A model generated the notes under the pieces. It had not been told where the DNA came from. It searched no databases and saw nothing but the letters and a program-made list of their open reading frames with translations. From positions 9,256 through 73,255 of the forward strand of contig JAUNTC010000001.1 in NCBI GenBank assembly GCA_030538915.1: 64,000 nucleotides of DNA, given 5' to 3'. Made by a program: the position numbers and the translations under genes. The DNA comes from Lachnospiraceae bacterium. Its GTDB lineage: Bacteria > Bacillota > Clostridia > Lachnospirales > Lachnospiraceae. Shown here in pieces: positions 50,102 to 60,600 of the stretch (positions are counted from its first letter, which is position 1; the number at the start of each line of letters is the position of its first letter).

Positions 50102-51535
50102 CTATACGTTGATCTCTGCTGTCATTCCAAGGATCTCTTTATTTTCTTCCAGCACCGGACGAACTACATTATTGAGGTAGTTATCTACCTGAATCGGTGC
50201 ACGGCCTACATATTTGGAAGGATCCATTGTTTTCTTCAGTTCATCCAGACTTAAATTAAATGCCGGATCAGCTGCAATCAGTTCAAGGAGATTGTTGTCC
50301 ATTCCTTTTTCTTTTACATTTTTTCCTGCTTCCATAGAAAGCTCACGGATTCTCTCGTGTAATTCCTGACGGTCTCCACCTGCTTTTACTGCATCCATCA
50401 TGATATTCTCTGTTGCCATGAATGGAAGTTCTGACATGAGACGTTTTTCAATTACTTTTGGATATACTACAAGTCCGTCAACAACATTGAGGCAAAGATC
50501 CAAAATACCGTCAATTGCCAGGAAACCTTCTGGAACACTTAAACGTTTATTAGCAGAATCATCCAATGTTCTCTCAAACCACTGTGTTGCAGATGTGATC
50601 GCCGGATTCAACGCATCAATCATCACATATCTTGACAGAGACGCAATTCTTTCACTTCTCATCGGATTACGTTTGTAAGCCATAGCAGAAGATCCAATCT
50701 GTGTCTTCTCAAACGGTTCCTCTACTTCTTTCAGATGCTGAAGCAGACGAATGTCGTTGCTGAATTTGTGTGCGCTGGCTGCAATACCCGCAAGAACATT
50801 GAGCACTCTTGTATCTACTTTTCTTGAATAAGTCTGACCAGAAACCGGGTAGCATGCTTCAAAGCCCATCTTCTGTGCGATCATCGGATCGATCTTATCG
50901 ATTGTCTCCTGATCTCCATCGAATAATTCCAGGAAGCTTGCCTGGGTACCTGTTGTTCCTTTTGATCCTAACATTTTCAAAGTACTCTTTACATAGTCAA
51001 GATCTTCTAAATCCATCATGAACTCCTGCATCCACAATGTCGCACGCTTTCCAACCGTTGTTGGCTGTGCAGGCTGGAAATGTGTAAATGCAAGTGTCGG
51101 CAGGTTCTTGTTCTCATCTGCAAATTTAGACAGTTCTGCAATTACATTGACAAGTTTTTTCTTCACAATGTCCAGAGCCTCTGCCATAAGGATCACATCT
51201 GTATTATCTCCCACATAACAAGAAGTTGCTCCAAGGTGGATAATTCCCTTTGCCTTCGGGCACTGCTGTCCATATGCATATACGTGAGACATTACATCGT
51301 GACGCACAAGTTTTTCTCTCTCTTTTGCCACATCATAATTAATGTCTTCTGCATGTGCTTTCAATTCGTCAATCTGTTCCTGGGTGATTGGAAGGCCTAA
51401 TTCCATCTCTGTCTCTGCAAGTGCGATCCAAAGTTTTCTCCATGTACGGAACTTCTTGTCCGGCGAAAAGATATACTGCATCTCCCTACTTGCATATCTT
51501 TCTGAAAGTGGACTCTGATATCTGTCGTTTGTCAT
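50102..51535 (-). CDS. purB: Adenylosuccinate lyase
   Basis: RHDVMSH, HLGATS, THFQPAQ, GSSAMAYKRNP. Confidence 0.97.
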   Translation of the reverse strand: MTNDRYQSPLSERYASREMQYIFSPDKKFRTWRKLWIALAETEMELGLPITQEQIDELKAHAEDINYDVAKEREKLVRHDVMSHVYAYGQQCPKAKGIIHLGATSCYVGDNTDVILMAEALDIVKKKLVNVIAELSKFADENKNLPTLAFTHFQPAQPTTVGKRATLWMQEFMMDLEDLDYVKSTLKMLGSKGTTGTQASFLELFDGDQETIDKIDPMIAQKMGFEACYPVSGQTYSRKVDTRVLNVLAGIAASAHKFSNDIRLLQHLKEVEEPFEKTQIGSSAMAYKRNPMRSERIASLSRYVMIDALNPAITSATQWFERTLDDSANKRLSVPEGFLAIDGILDLCLNVVDGLVVYPKVIEKRLMSELPFMATENIMMDAVKAGGDRQELHERIRELSMEAGKNVKEKGMDNNLLELIAADPAFNLSLDELKKTMDPSKYVGRAPIQVDNYLNNVVRPVLEENKEILGMTAEINV

Positions 51536-51589
51536 TGTTCTTTTTCTCCTTATCCTTAAAAAATTTAAAACATAACCAAAAACAATCTA

Positions 51590-53017
51590 TTATTCAAAAG
51601 CCAGGGATACATCTTCACCCGGAACTTCCATTGGATAGTTCCCTGTAAAGCAGGCATCACAAAAACTCAGATCCCCAACCATATTCTTCAGCTTTTCTAC
51701 TTCCATATATCCGAGGGAATCTGCTCCGATCATCTCTCGAATCTCTTCTGTTGTATGAGAATGTGCGATCAGCTGATCATCCGACGGCACATCTGTTCCA
51801 AAATAGCACGGATACAGAAACGGTGGCGAACTGATTCTTACGTGAACTTCCTTCGCTCCTGCCTTCTTGAGCATTTTTATAATGTTTGCGCTCGTTGTCC
51901 CTCTGACAATAGAGTCATCTACCATAACGATTCTCTTTCCCCGCACAACTTCTTCTATAACATTAAGCTTGATCTTTACACTGCTTTCTCTCTGGCTCTG
52001 CTTTGGCTTTATAAAAGTCCTGCCCACATAGCTGTTCTTATGAAATGCCATTCCATACGGAATGCCGGACTGTTCCGAATATCCCTTTGCTGCAACCAGT
52101 CCAGAATCCGGAACACCTACAACGAGATCCGCCTCGACAGGATAAGATTCTGCCAGTGCCTTCCCGGCAATAATACGAGAATGATACACGTTGACCTTGT
52201 CGATCGTACTGTCTGTCCGTGCAAAATAAATATATTCAAAAATACATCTCGCCTGCTTATCCGGCGAAAGTGCCATTGACCGATCGGAAGTAATTCCATC
52301 CTTCGTAATTGTTACAACCTCACCTGGCTCTACATCTCGTACAAACTCTGCATCCACTGCAGCGATCGCGCAGCTTTCAGACGCAAGAAAATACGTATGA
52401 TCCCTTTTCCCGATACAAAGCGGTTTTAATCCGAATGGATCTCTCGCTCCAATCAGTTTTCTCGGCGAACTTACAACAAGTGCATATGCACCTTTGATCT
52501 TCTTCATCGCATTTTTCACTGCATCTTCCGCACAGGATACATTCAATCTCTCCCGCGCGATATGATATGCGATTACTTCGGAATCGATTGTTGTCTGAAA
52601 AATGGCACCGGTATATTCAAGTTCTCGTCTCAGTTCGATCGCGTTCGTTAAATTACCGTTATGTGCGATCACAAGTGTACCTTTTACATACTTTAGTACA
52701 AGCGGCATCGCATTTTCCGCTCTCGACCCACCGGCCGTTGAATATCGGACATGTCCGACGCCAAGGTTTCCATCAAGATTATCAAGAACCTCTTCGTCAA
52801 AAACTTCATTAACCAGTCCCAGTCCCTTTTTAAAGTGTACTTTCTGTTCTCCGAAAGTATCCGTTACCGCAATTCCACAGCTTTCCTGTCCCCTGTGCTG
52901 CAACGCAAAAAGCCCATAGTATACAGAGGGGGCAACATTACCTCCGTCTATATCATAGGCTCCAAATACTCCGCATTCCTCACTTAAACCTGTTGTCATC
53001 TTTTCCACTTCACCCAT
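51590..53017 (-). CDS. purF: Amidophosphoribosyltransferase (Fe-S type, with propeptide)
   Basis: EECGVFG, LQHRGQE, GHVRYST, VDDSIVRGTT, CDAC. Confidence 0.97.
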   Translation of the reverse strand: MGEVEKMTTGLSEECGVFGAYDIDGGNVAPSVYYGLFALQHRGQESCGIAVTDTFGEQKVHFKKGLGLVNEVFDEEVLDNLDGNLGVGHVRYSTAGGSRAENAMPLVLKYVKGTLVIAHNGNLTNAIELRRELEYTGAIFQTTIDSEVIAYHIARERLNVSCAEDAVKNAMKKIKGAYALVVSSPRKLIGARDPFGLKPLCIGKRDHTYFLASESCAIAAVDAEFVRDVEPGEVVTITKDGITSDRSMALSPDKQARCIFEYIYFARTDSTIDKVNVYHSRIIAGKALAESYPVEADLVVGVPDSGLVAAKGYSEQSGIPYGMAFHKNSYVGRTFIKPKQSQRESSVKIKLNVIEEVVRGKRIVMVDDSIVRGTTSANIIKMLKKAGAKEVHVRISSPPFLYPCYFGTDVPSDDQLIAHSHTTEEIREMIGADSLGYMEVEKLKNMVGDLSFCDACFTGNYPMEVPGEDVSLAFE

Positions 53018-53088
53018 GAATGCAAGACTCCTTACTCTTTTTCAATTTTTCGATTACTCGATAAGTATAATACAAGGACTAAGGAAAA

Positions 53089-53775
53089 TCAACATCTTTC
53101 AATCTTCCCTAAAAACTCTTTCATTCGCTCGTGGTCAGAGCTAAACACTTCTTCCGGGGTCCCCTGCAGTGCAACGACACCGCCATCCATGAAAATAATA
53201 TGATCTGATACATTTTTTGCAAAATTCATCTCATGTGTAACGATAACCATCGTCATATGTTCCGCAGCCAGATCTTTGATGACTTTTAAAATTTCTCCTG
53301 TAAGTTCCGGATCCAGCGCCGATGTTGGCTCATCAAAAAAAAGTATATCCGGCTTCATCGCCAATGCTCTTGCAATGGAAACACGCTGTTTCTGTCCACC
53401 GGACAGCTGATAAGGATATGCATTTTCTTTATCTTCCAGGCCGATTTTCTTCAACAGTTCTCTTGCCTCCCGATATACTTCTTCCCTTTTTCTCTTCTGT
53501 ACACGAAGTGGTGCATCTACTATATTTCTAAGCACTGAAAAATGCGGAAACAGGTTGAAATTCTGAAACACAAGGCCGAACGTGCCTTCATAGTGGATCT
53601 CGCCAGAATCCGGTATCTCCAGTCCTGTCGCACAGCGAAGCAGTGTTGATTTTCCAGAACCGGACGGTCCAATAATGCCAAGCACCTCTCCTTTTTCAAC
53701 TTTCAACGAAATGCCCTTTAACACTTCTACTTCTTCGAAGCTTTTTTTCAAACGGTTTATCTCTAACAAACTCAT
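53089..53775 (-). CDS. Polar amino-acid ABC transporter ATPase
   Basis: [31 protein letters not shown]. Confidence 0.93.
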   Translation of the reverse strand: MSLLEINRLKKSFEEVEVLKGISLKVEKGEVLGIIGPSGSGKSTLLRCATGLEIPDSGEIHYEGTFGLVFQNFNLFPHFSVLRNIVDAPLRVQKRKREEVYREARELLKKIGLEDKENAYPYQLSGGQKQRVSIARALAMKPDILFFDEPTSALDPELTGEILKVIKDLAAEHMTMVIVTHEMNFAKNVSDHIIFMDGGVVALQGTPEEVFSSDHERMKEFLGKIERC

Positions 53776-53786
53776 GACATTTCCTC

Positions 53787-54437
53787 CTATTTATAGTAAT
53801 TAAGTTTCAACTCCAACCGTTCAAGTAAGAACGCTACAACAAAGTTAAATATATAATAAAAGATTCCTGCAAACACATACGGAAGCATCGTTGTCTGGGA
53901 TGCTGCCAGCGCTTTCGATATCGTAAACATCTCCATAATACCAATCGTAAATGCAAGGGATGTATCTTTTACAAGCGTAATCGTCTCATTTGTGACCGAC
54001 GGCAGGATGATCTTTATGACCTGCGGCAAAATGATCCGCATAAAGGTCTGCGACTTGCTATAACCAAGAATCTTTGCCGCCTCATATTGTCCGCTCGGCA
54101 TCGATTCAATTCCACCTCTGTAAATCTCTGCAAAATATGCCGCATAATTCAAAACGAATCCAACTGCTACTGCTGTATTTTTCCAGGTTGGGCTGTTTGT
54201 AATACCAAAAATATAATAAGGGCCAAAATAAATAACCATAAGCTGCAACATAAGTGGTGTACCGCGCATGATTGATATATACACTTTAAAAATAGTGCGA
54301 ACGACGGGATTCTTTGCCATACGTCCAAACGACACTAGAAGCCCCAGTGGTAGAGAAAATATTAATGTCACCGCAAAAAGAATTAGTGTCACACTCATAC
54401 CTTCCCCAAGTTTTGATAACATAACTGCTACTGTCAT
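53787..54437 (-). CDS. Polar amino-acid ABC transporter permease
   Basis: [27 protein letters not shown]. Confidence 0.93.
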   Translation of the reverse strand: MTVAVMLSKLGEGMSVTLILFAVTLIFSLPLGLLVSFGRMAKNPVVRTIFKVYISIMRGTPLMLQLMVIYFGPYYIFGITNSPTWKNTAVAVGFVLNYAAYFAEIYRGGIESMPSGQYEAAKILGYSKSQTFMRIILPQVIKIILPSVTNETITLVKDTSLAFTIGIMEMFTISKALAASQTTMLPYVFAGIFYYIFNFVVAFLLERLELKLNYYK

Positions 54438-54456
54438 ACAATGACTCCTCTCCTAG

Positions 54457-54484
54457 AAAAACAGGCCGCCTGTAAAGGCAGCCC
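54457..54484 (-). terminator. Stem-loop between binding-protein and permease genes
   Basis: GGCTGCCT-TTAC-AGGCGGCC then TGTTTTT. Confidence 0.6.
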
Positions 54485-54501
54485 ATTTCACTCATATTTT
54501 A

Positions 54502-55320
54502 CTACTTTCCAATGATCGTAATATCTTTCTTAAACCATTTTTTTGAAATCTTCGCCATTGTTCCATCTTTGGCCATCTCTTCTAATGTTTTTTCTACCTG
54601 ATCGCGCACAGCTTCATTTCCTTTTGCGAATCCAACGCCATATTCTTCTGCAGCAATCTCATAATCTAAAATCTTGAATTTTGCTTTTCTCTTCTGAATC
54701 TGATAAGCTGCAACAACTGTATCCATTGCCACTGCATCTGTAGATCCAGATTCAAGATTCATAAGTCCTGTATTGTAATCCGGAACAACATTCAAATTAC
54801 CAAATGTAGATGAAAGCTTTGTGTTCTTTTTCAAAGCTGCCTGTGCGGAAGAATCAGTCTGCACATCTACCACTTTTACTGCCAGGTCTTTCTCTGACTT
54901 AATATCTGAGTCACTTTTCACTACAAATACTTGCTCGTTGTTAAGATATGGTTTTGACCATGTATACTTGTCTTCTCTTCCATCCATTGTGAACCCATTC
55001 CAAATGCAATCGATTCCTCCGGATTCAAGCTCTGCATCCTTTGAATCCCATGCGATCGGCTTCGCAACAAATTTCCACCCCTGTCTCTTGCACACTTCCG
55101 CAGCAAGCTCCAGATCAAATCCCGTATATTCTCCGTCATCACCGACAAATCCCATCGGCGGAAAGTCCTGGTCAAACCCTACTGTAAATTTCTGTCCGGA
55201 CTTCTTTTCTGTAAATTCCTTCTTTGTTTCTTTCTTACTATCTTCCTTACTTCCGCAGCCTGCAAATACACTTGTTGCAAGCAAGGCTACTGCAAGTACC
55301 ATTGCCAGTTTCTTCTTCAT
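54502..55320 (-). CDS. Polar amino-acid ABC substrate-binding lipoprotein
   Basis: Lipobox FAGC; FPPMGF, GFDLELA, IWNG, EEYGVGF. Confidence 0.93.
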   Translation of the reverse strand: MKKKLAMVLAVALLATSVFAGCGSKEDSKKETKKEFTEKKSGQKFTVGFDQDFPPMGFVGDDGEYTGFDLELAAEVCKRQGWKFVAKPIAWDSKDAELESGGIDCIWNGFTMDGREDKYTWSKPYLNNEQVFVVKSDSDIKSEKDLAVKVVDVQTDSSAQAALKKNTKLSSTFGNLNVVPDYNTGLMNLESGSTDAVAMDTVVAAYQIQKRKAKFKILDYEIAAEEYGVGFAKGNEAVRDQVEKTLEEMAKDGTMAKISKKWFKKDITIIGK

Positions 55321-55393
55321 GATGTGTTCCTCCTGTATTCGTGTGATAATTTTCTTCAATCCGCTCGGCATTTTATTGATTTACCAATTGATA

Positions 55394-55448
55394 ACTTTAC
55401 CACGTTAAATCGCTCTGTTATAGTATCACATAATTAATTTCTTGTCAA
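55394..55448 (-). promoter_or_regulatory. Promoter (55420-55448) with a downstream palindromic operator candidate (55394-55411)
   Basis: TTGACA-17 nt-TACTAT; ACTTTA-CCACGT-TAAATC just downstream of the predicted start site. Confidence 0.5.
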
Positions 55449-55486
55449 TCTGTATTTATTGCATCTTTTCGCCAAAATACGCAATA

Positions 55487-55514
55487 GAAAAGAGAGTGTT
55501 TGTAACACTCTCTT
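55487..55514 (-). terminator. Terminator after the three-gene unknown operon
   Basis: AAGAGAGTGTT-TGT-AACACTCTCTT inverted repeat. Confidence 0.8.
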
Positions 55515-55515
55515 C

Positions 55516-55581
55516 TCAGCCCGTGAATACCGTAGTTATACGTAAAGTCGCTGCAAGCACCATTGCCAGTTTCTTCTTCAA
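55516..55581 (-). pseudogene. Truncated duplicate of the 5' end (signal peptide) of the ABC binding-protein gene
   Basis: TTG start; (M)KKKLAMVLAATLRITTVFTG* aligns with MKKKLAMVLAVALLATSVFAGC at 55320. Confidence 0.75.
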
Positions 55582-55598
55582 ACTATATTCTTCCTTGA

Positions 55599-56369
55599 CT
55601 ATTTACTATCAATCCCACGATAACGGCGTTTTTCAGATTCCATTTCCTCATCTTCCTGGCTAATTTCAATGTCTGCACGGATATGATCTCGCTCTTCTTT
55701 TAATACTGCATCCAAATTCAGGTATTTTGTATTCCCCGAAAGCATCTTCGTGTACTCTTCCTCCGAAAGTATATGGTAATTGCAATAAAGATATGCCTTT
55801 AACACTTCTTCGTTTTCCTGCTGCTTATATGATTCTTCATAAGCCTCAGCTGCTTCTTCGTACAGAAACAGTCTTCCGTATGCACCTGCCAGACAGGCAT
55901 ATACTTTCGCATAAAACGGCTTACCGACAGAGTCATCCCGCTCGCCGTCGATGATTGAGCGATATACGATAATAGCATCCGCATATTCACCGCTTTTCAT
56001 AAGGCTGTCTGCTTTTAATTTTGCCTTCTCAACCTCTCTTTGATCCTGAAGTTTTTCTAAAATTCCCTGAATCTTAATGATCTCAGATGATGCATACATC
56101 GTAGATTGCTGCAAAATCTTAATAATAAAATCCTCTTCCGTGCAATCATTATCCAATTCATTTTGCAATACATCCGCAAGTTCATACATCAAAAGTTCCG
56201 TACGAATCCACTCACACAGCTGTTTATTGATCAGCGTATGATCGATCAAATACAGATTGTTACATATGTAATAGCATAATTCTTCCAATGTATAAATCTT
56301 AATATGACCCCTGGCAATCTCAAACGGTTGTCTGGCATGTTTTTTATGACATAGAATTAAACTGCCCAT
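55599..56369 (-). CDS. Hypothetical protein with TPR-like helices
   Basis: 256 aa; ADSLMKSGEYADAIIVY and YACLAGAYGRLFLYEEAAEAY TPR-like repeats; overlaps upstream gene by 26 nt. Confidence 0.75.
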   Translation of the reverse strand: MGSLILCHKKHARQPFEIARGHIKIYTLEELCYYICNNLYLIDHTLINKQLCEWIRTELLMYELADVLQNELDNDCTEEDFIIKILQQSTMYASSEIIKIQGILEKLQDQREVEKAKLKADSLMKSGEYADAIIVYRSIIDGERDDSVGKPFYAKVYACLAGAYGRLFLYEEAAEAYEESYKQQENEEVLKAYLYCNYHILSEEEYTKMLSGNTKYLNLDAVLKEERDHIRADIEISQEDEEMESEKRRYRGIDSK

Positions 56370-57627
56370 TGATTCCTCCTAAATGTATAACCTTCTCCGC
56401 CCGGAAATCCGACGCTTTAAAAAATTCTCCAAATCCGACGTCCTGAAAAATCATTTTACACGTCTTCTCATCTAAGAACATCACTTCTATTCGCAGACGC
56501 AACGAATAATCTCTGCGTTCTTCCAATCCCTCCAGAGAAACTTTTTCCACCTGCAGGTCATCACCCGCAAGGGTTTCTACGTGGATCTCAATATCTGATG
56601 TGTCTTCCAATATTACTTCCCACTGTCCGTCAGCTTCATACCAGTGCGTACCCCATGCAACGATCGGATACCAGCCTTCTTTTCCGCCCACGCGCATACG
56701 CAGGCTGATCTGCTCTGTCATACGCGTGTCATCCAGATAAACCGGGCCTTCATTATAATTACGATATCTGCGCATCGCTGTATAGCAGGCACCTTTACTG
56801 TAAAGATTGTTTCCGACAAATGCACGTCTTCCATTGCAAAGAACTTTCAAAGAATTTGGATACCATTTATTTTCAAATGCTGCACCGGTGAGATATACAG
56901 ATGATACGACTTTCTTTTCAAATACATTCTGAATAAATAAACGGAAGCTTTCATCTGCACTTCTTGCTTTTTCTCTATTCAGGACCGGATAGATTGCCTC
57001 CATCTCCTGGATCTTCGCACTGGCTACTTCATCTACCGTCACAAACATGTCCCGATTCTGTCCATTTGCGACATTCATTCGACGGAGCATATATGCTTTG
57101 ATCGTCTGCCCATCACAGAAAAACATTGCTGACTCGTACTGCCATAATTCTTTTGGCTGATAGAACATATACTGACAGAATCCTTCTTTATAATCCTGCA
57201 CATAAATATTCTCCTTATCAATTCCCAGATGCCTTCCGATTCCACGAAGCATCTTCGATAAATCGATCGTTGTATATGGTGTCGAAAATGTAATATAGCG
57301 GATATCTTCGAAATCTTCCAACGTAAGCCCTATAAATTTCGCCAGAAGCCATACTGCATCATGCACTTTTTCACCAATGCGAACCTTTTTCTGTGAAACT
57401 GCGCGCTTAAAAAGATCTGACACAACACAGGTGCCATCTTCAAGCTCCAGTTCCTCGGCTTCTCTTCCGTATACCCATTGTTCGTCTTTATAACCTAATT
57501 TCAGAGGGATCAGCGACTCATTCGGCGCAAACTCAAGTGTCTTAGGCTCATCATTTTTCTCATTGTAATAACTGATCTGACAAGTATTCTCATTCAGATC
57601 ATAACCAATAATACTACCTCTTTTCAC
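56344..57627 (-). CDS. Hypothetical protein with Hsp70/actin-fold-like motifs (DUF5716-like)
   Basis: GTG start; IIGYDL, VYLTG, NLYSKGAC motifs. Confidence 0.7.
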   Translation of the reverse strand: MKRGSIIGYDLNENTCQISYYNEKNDEPKTLEFAPNESLIPLKLGYKDEQWVYGREAEELELEDGTCVVSDLFKRAVSQKKVRIGEKVHDAVWLLAKFIGLTLEDFEDIRYITFSTPYTTIDLSKMLRGIGRHLGIDKENIYVQDYKEGFCQYMFYQPKELWQYESAMFFCDGQTIKAYMLRRMNVANGQNRDMFVTVDEVASAKIQEMEAIYPVLNREKARSADESFRLFIQNVFEKKVVSSVYLTGAAFENKWYPNSLKVLCNGRRAFVGNNLYSKGACYTAMRRYRNYNEGPVYLDDTRMTEQISLRMRVGGKEGWYPIVAWGTHWYEADGQWEVILEDTSDIEIHVETLAGDDLQVEKVSLEGLEERRDYSLRLRIEVMFLDEKTCKMIFQDVGFGEFFKASDFRAEKVIHLGGINGQFNSMS

Positions 57628-57644
57628 GTTATTCTTCCTCTCTG

Positions 57645-60600
57645 TTATTCATACATCGTGAAGAGATTCTCTGCCATCTTCTCTTCTTCTTCAAAGTCCA
57701 TAATCGCTTTTCTTCTGTTTGCCGGAGACATGGAGATCATCGCATCAAGTTTGCCATATTTTCCAATCTTCACTGTGTGTTCGTTCGTCAATACGCGCTT
57801 GTTCGTTGTCACAATTTCACTTCCGAAACTATCCTGGAAATAATAATGCAATTCCTCATCCTCATACAATACAAATTGCTTTACATATATATTTTCATAT
57901 GATGGAAGAAGCATCTCTGTCTTATAGCCAAGCGTCTCTTTTCCGCCTTTTCGGATCTTATAAAATAGTTTTACTTTATGCCCTGCCTCCGTGCGATAAG
58001 AAAGCATCGTGCGGTCATACAGCTGAAGCTCCGTCAGCCATTTTGCAGGATAATCCATATAGAACGGGAAAATATACTGTTTTTCCGTCAGCCTTCTCAG
58101 CTCTCTGTGGAGTACTTCTTCTAGCTCTTCCGGATATTTTTTCCCCGAATAAAATTTCAGCAGTGCGATCTTACAGATATCCGGCAGCGTTTCTTTCTTC
58201 TCACACTCATTTGCAATAATTTCAAATATGTTTGCCTTTGTCTCACGTCCGTTGATCACATACTCTCTCGCAGCATAAGTAAGATATGCCTGCTTCAGAC
58301 GAAAATAAACATTATCTGATAAATAATAATCTTCGAAAATGTCTTCCTCATCAAACATATCTTCCGAAAACAGCATCTGCGTAATGATCCGTTCACTGAT
58401 TTTGTATGATGCAACCTGATATTCGCGAAGCACTTTCCAAAGATTCTTCATATCTTTTGTTGCACCACAATAATAATTGGCAAGATAGGTAAGTGTTGCT
58501 TTATCATACTGATGTCTTCTAAACATCTCATAACACAGATAGGTCAGGAATTCATCTTCTTCGTAGTTTTCTTCTCGGATCCTGCGGCTGCAAATACAGA
58601 ACACATCTTTATCTTCGAAATAATTCAATCCCTTTGCATAAATGTTATCAAAACTCGGTGTCTCTTTCTCTTCGCTGTCTTTCCATTTTCCGACAGATGC
58701 ACCGTACTTTTTACAAATCTCCAAAAACCGTGGCTCATAAAATAACCGCTTTGTCTCATATGGAATGGAATCTGTATAATATCTTCCTTCCACAGACTCC
58801 CAGATGATCCTTGACTCTTTGTCATACAGATAGACAATGACCGGCTCCTCCTCTGTATAAGGTACACGCTGTCTGATCTCTCCGTTTTTCTCGATCACAA
58901 GGACGCAATTCATATGTGGAACCTTTGTGGAAATGGAATACGCATAACAGATATCACGCATTGCTTCCATATGTTCTGAATCCATATCCTCTGTACAGAA
59001 ACGTTTATATAAAACGCGAAGATACTCTGTAATATGACGTTTTCGAAGCTGATCCATTGCAAAATTCTTCATCTGCTCCTTATAACTGTCATAAAGTTCT
59101 TCTCCACCTACTTCATAGGTCAGAAGGTTCGCATAAAGGAACGCAATTTTCTCATATCCCAATGTATTTCCATGCATGAAATAAAGGAAAATGGATTTCG
59201 GAAGTGGTCCTTTCACATTAGACGGATCCAGTGTATTCATATAATACTCATAAAGCTGGGCAATCTTAAGTTCGGAATCAACTGCTTCTTGGTACCAATG
59301 AAAATATTTCTTCTGGCACTTATTTCCCTTGATCAGCAAAATACAGATTGTATTAAGGATCATCGGTTCTTTGTACACTTTATAAATACGCTCCAGTATG
59401 CGAAACAAAAGATCACTATAGGACTTATGCTGGCTTGCAAAATTGGCCAGGTACAGTGCTAATTCCTTTGTCATCAGCCGATACTTTGCAGCAAAGTTCA
59501 TAACTTGCAATTCGAATTTTCCAAGCTTTTTAAGAAGCGTCGGTTTTGCCTGATAGCAAAGATATGCCTCCAGATAGAACATCACTCCATGTGTCTCGAA
59601 TTCAAACTGCTGCTCTAACACTTCCAGTCGTTTATACGGATTTTTATAGCGGTCATCAATCTGCAAGATCATATAAAGAAGCAGCCAGGAATCCTGATGA
59701 CGCATATAGGTCTTGCCAATCTCATCTAATACACGCTCCATATGGCTGTCATTTTCACGAATCATCGCTGTCAAAAACAGATAATAGCAATTTGTGATTG
59801 GGTCTTTTCCGATTGCGAATCGATTGTAATTATAGTTTTCAAGGATCCACTTTGCATCATCGATTCTTTTACCGATAATGTAAACATGAGCCTGTAAGAG
59901 CTGATAAAATTCACTCATCGGCTTAATCCGTCGGATGGCAGCTACATTCTCAATTGCATTCTCTACCCATGTATCAAGATCAATACGGCCCGCCATATAT
60001 CCGACATATTCTTTCAAAGACTGCGCATACAATAGTTCCGGCATATAATGTTCTTCATCATATTCCTGATTCTGCAACACTTCAATCTCATAAGATAATG
60101 TCTCATACGGTGTAATGAAACGGATCGTTCCATAGTTTTTTCCACCATGCAGAAACTCCGGACGTACAAGGTATTCCATCTCATAACTGTTACCGATGAA
60201 ATCTTCTGTCGTCAGATCTGGCTTTGATACACGAAGGAAATCTCCTTCTGTCTCGATATGGATCGGCATGAATCCCCATGTATTTTTCATGATGGTGATT
60301 GTTCCCTTATTCGACTCCTTAATATCTTCAAAAAGCATTCCTTCACCCTGGAGGGTAAGGAAAATACATTCTTTCTGCTTAATGCCGACAAGGAATTCTT
60401 CCATTGCCTGTTCTCCGAGTGACCATTTTCTCATATTGTCATAAAGATAGAAAATGCGTTCATTCTCATACTTGACGATTTCGTAAAATTCTCTTGAGCG
60501 GAACAGTCTTCCCGCCTCGGAAAAATCTTTGATCGCAAGTTTACGAAAATCATCTGTGCTCTGCACTTTACCATAGGTCGTCATAACATATGGCTTCTCA

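Noticed and set aside
55455-55518. TGA followed at once by a hairpin in the mini-ORF, read as a possible third Sec codon
   Set aside because: The hairpin has a U-tract like an intrinsic terminator, and readthrough gives only about 19 residues with no similarity to the lipoprotein
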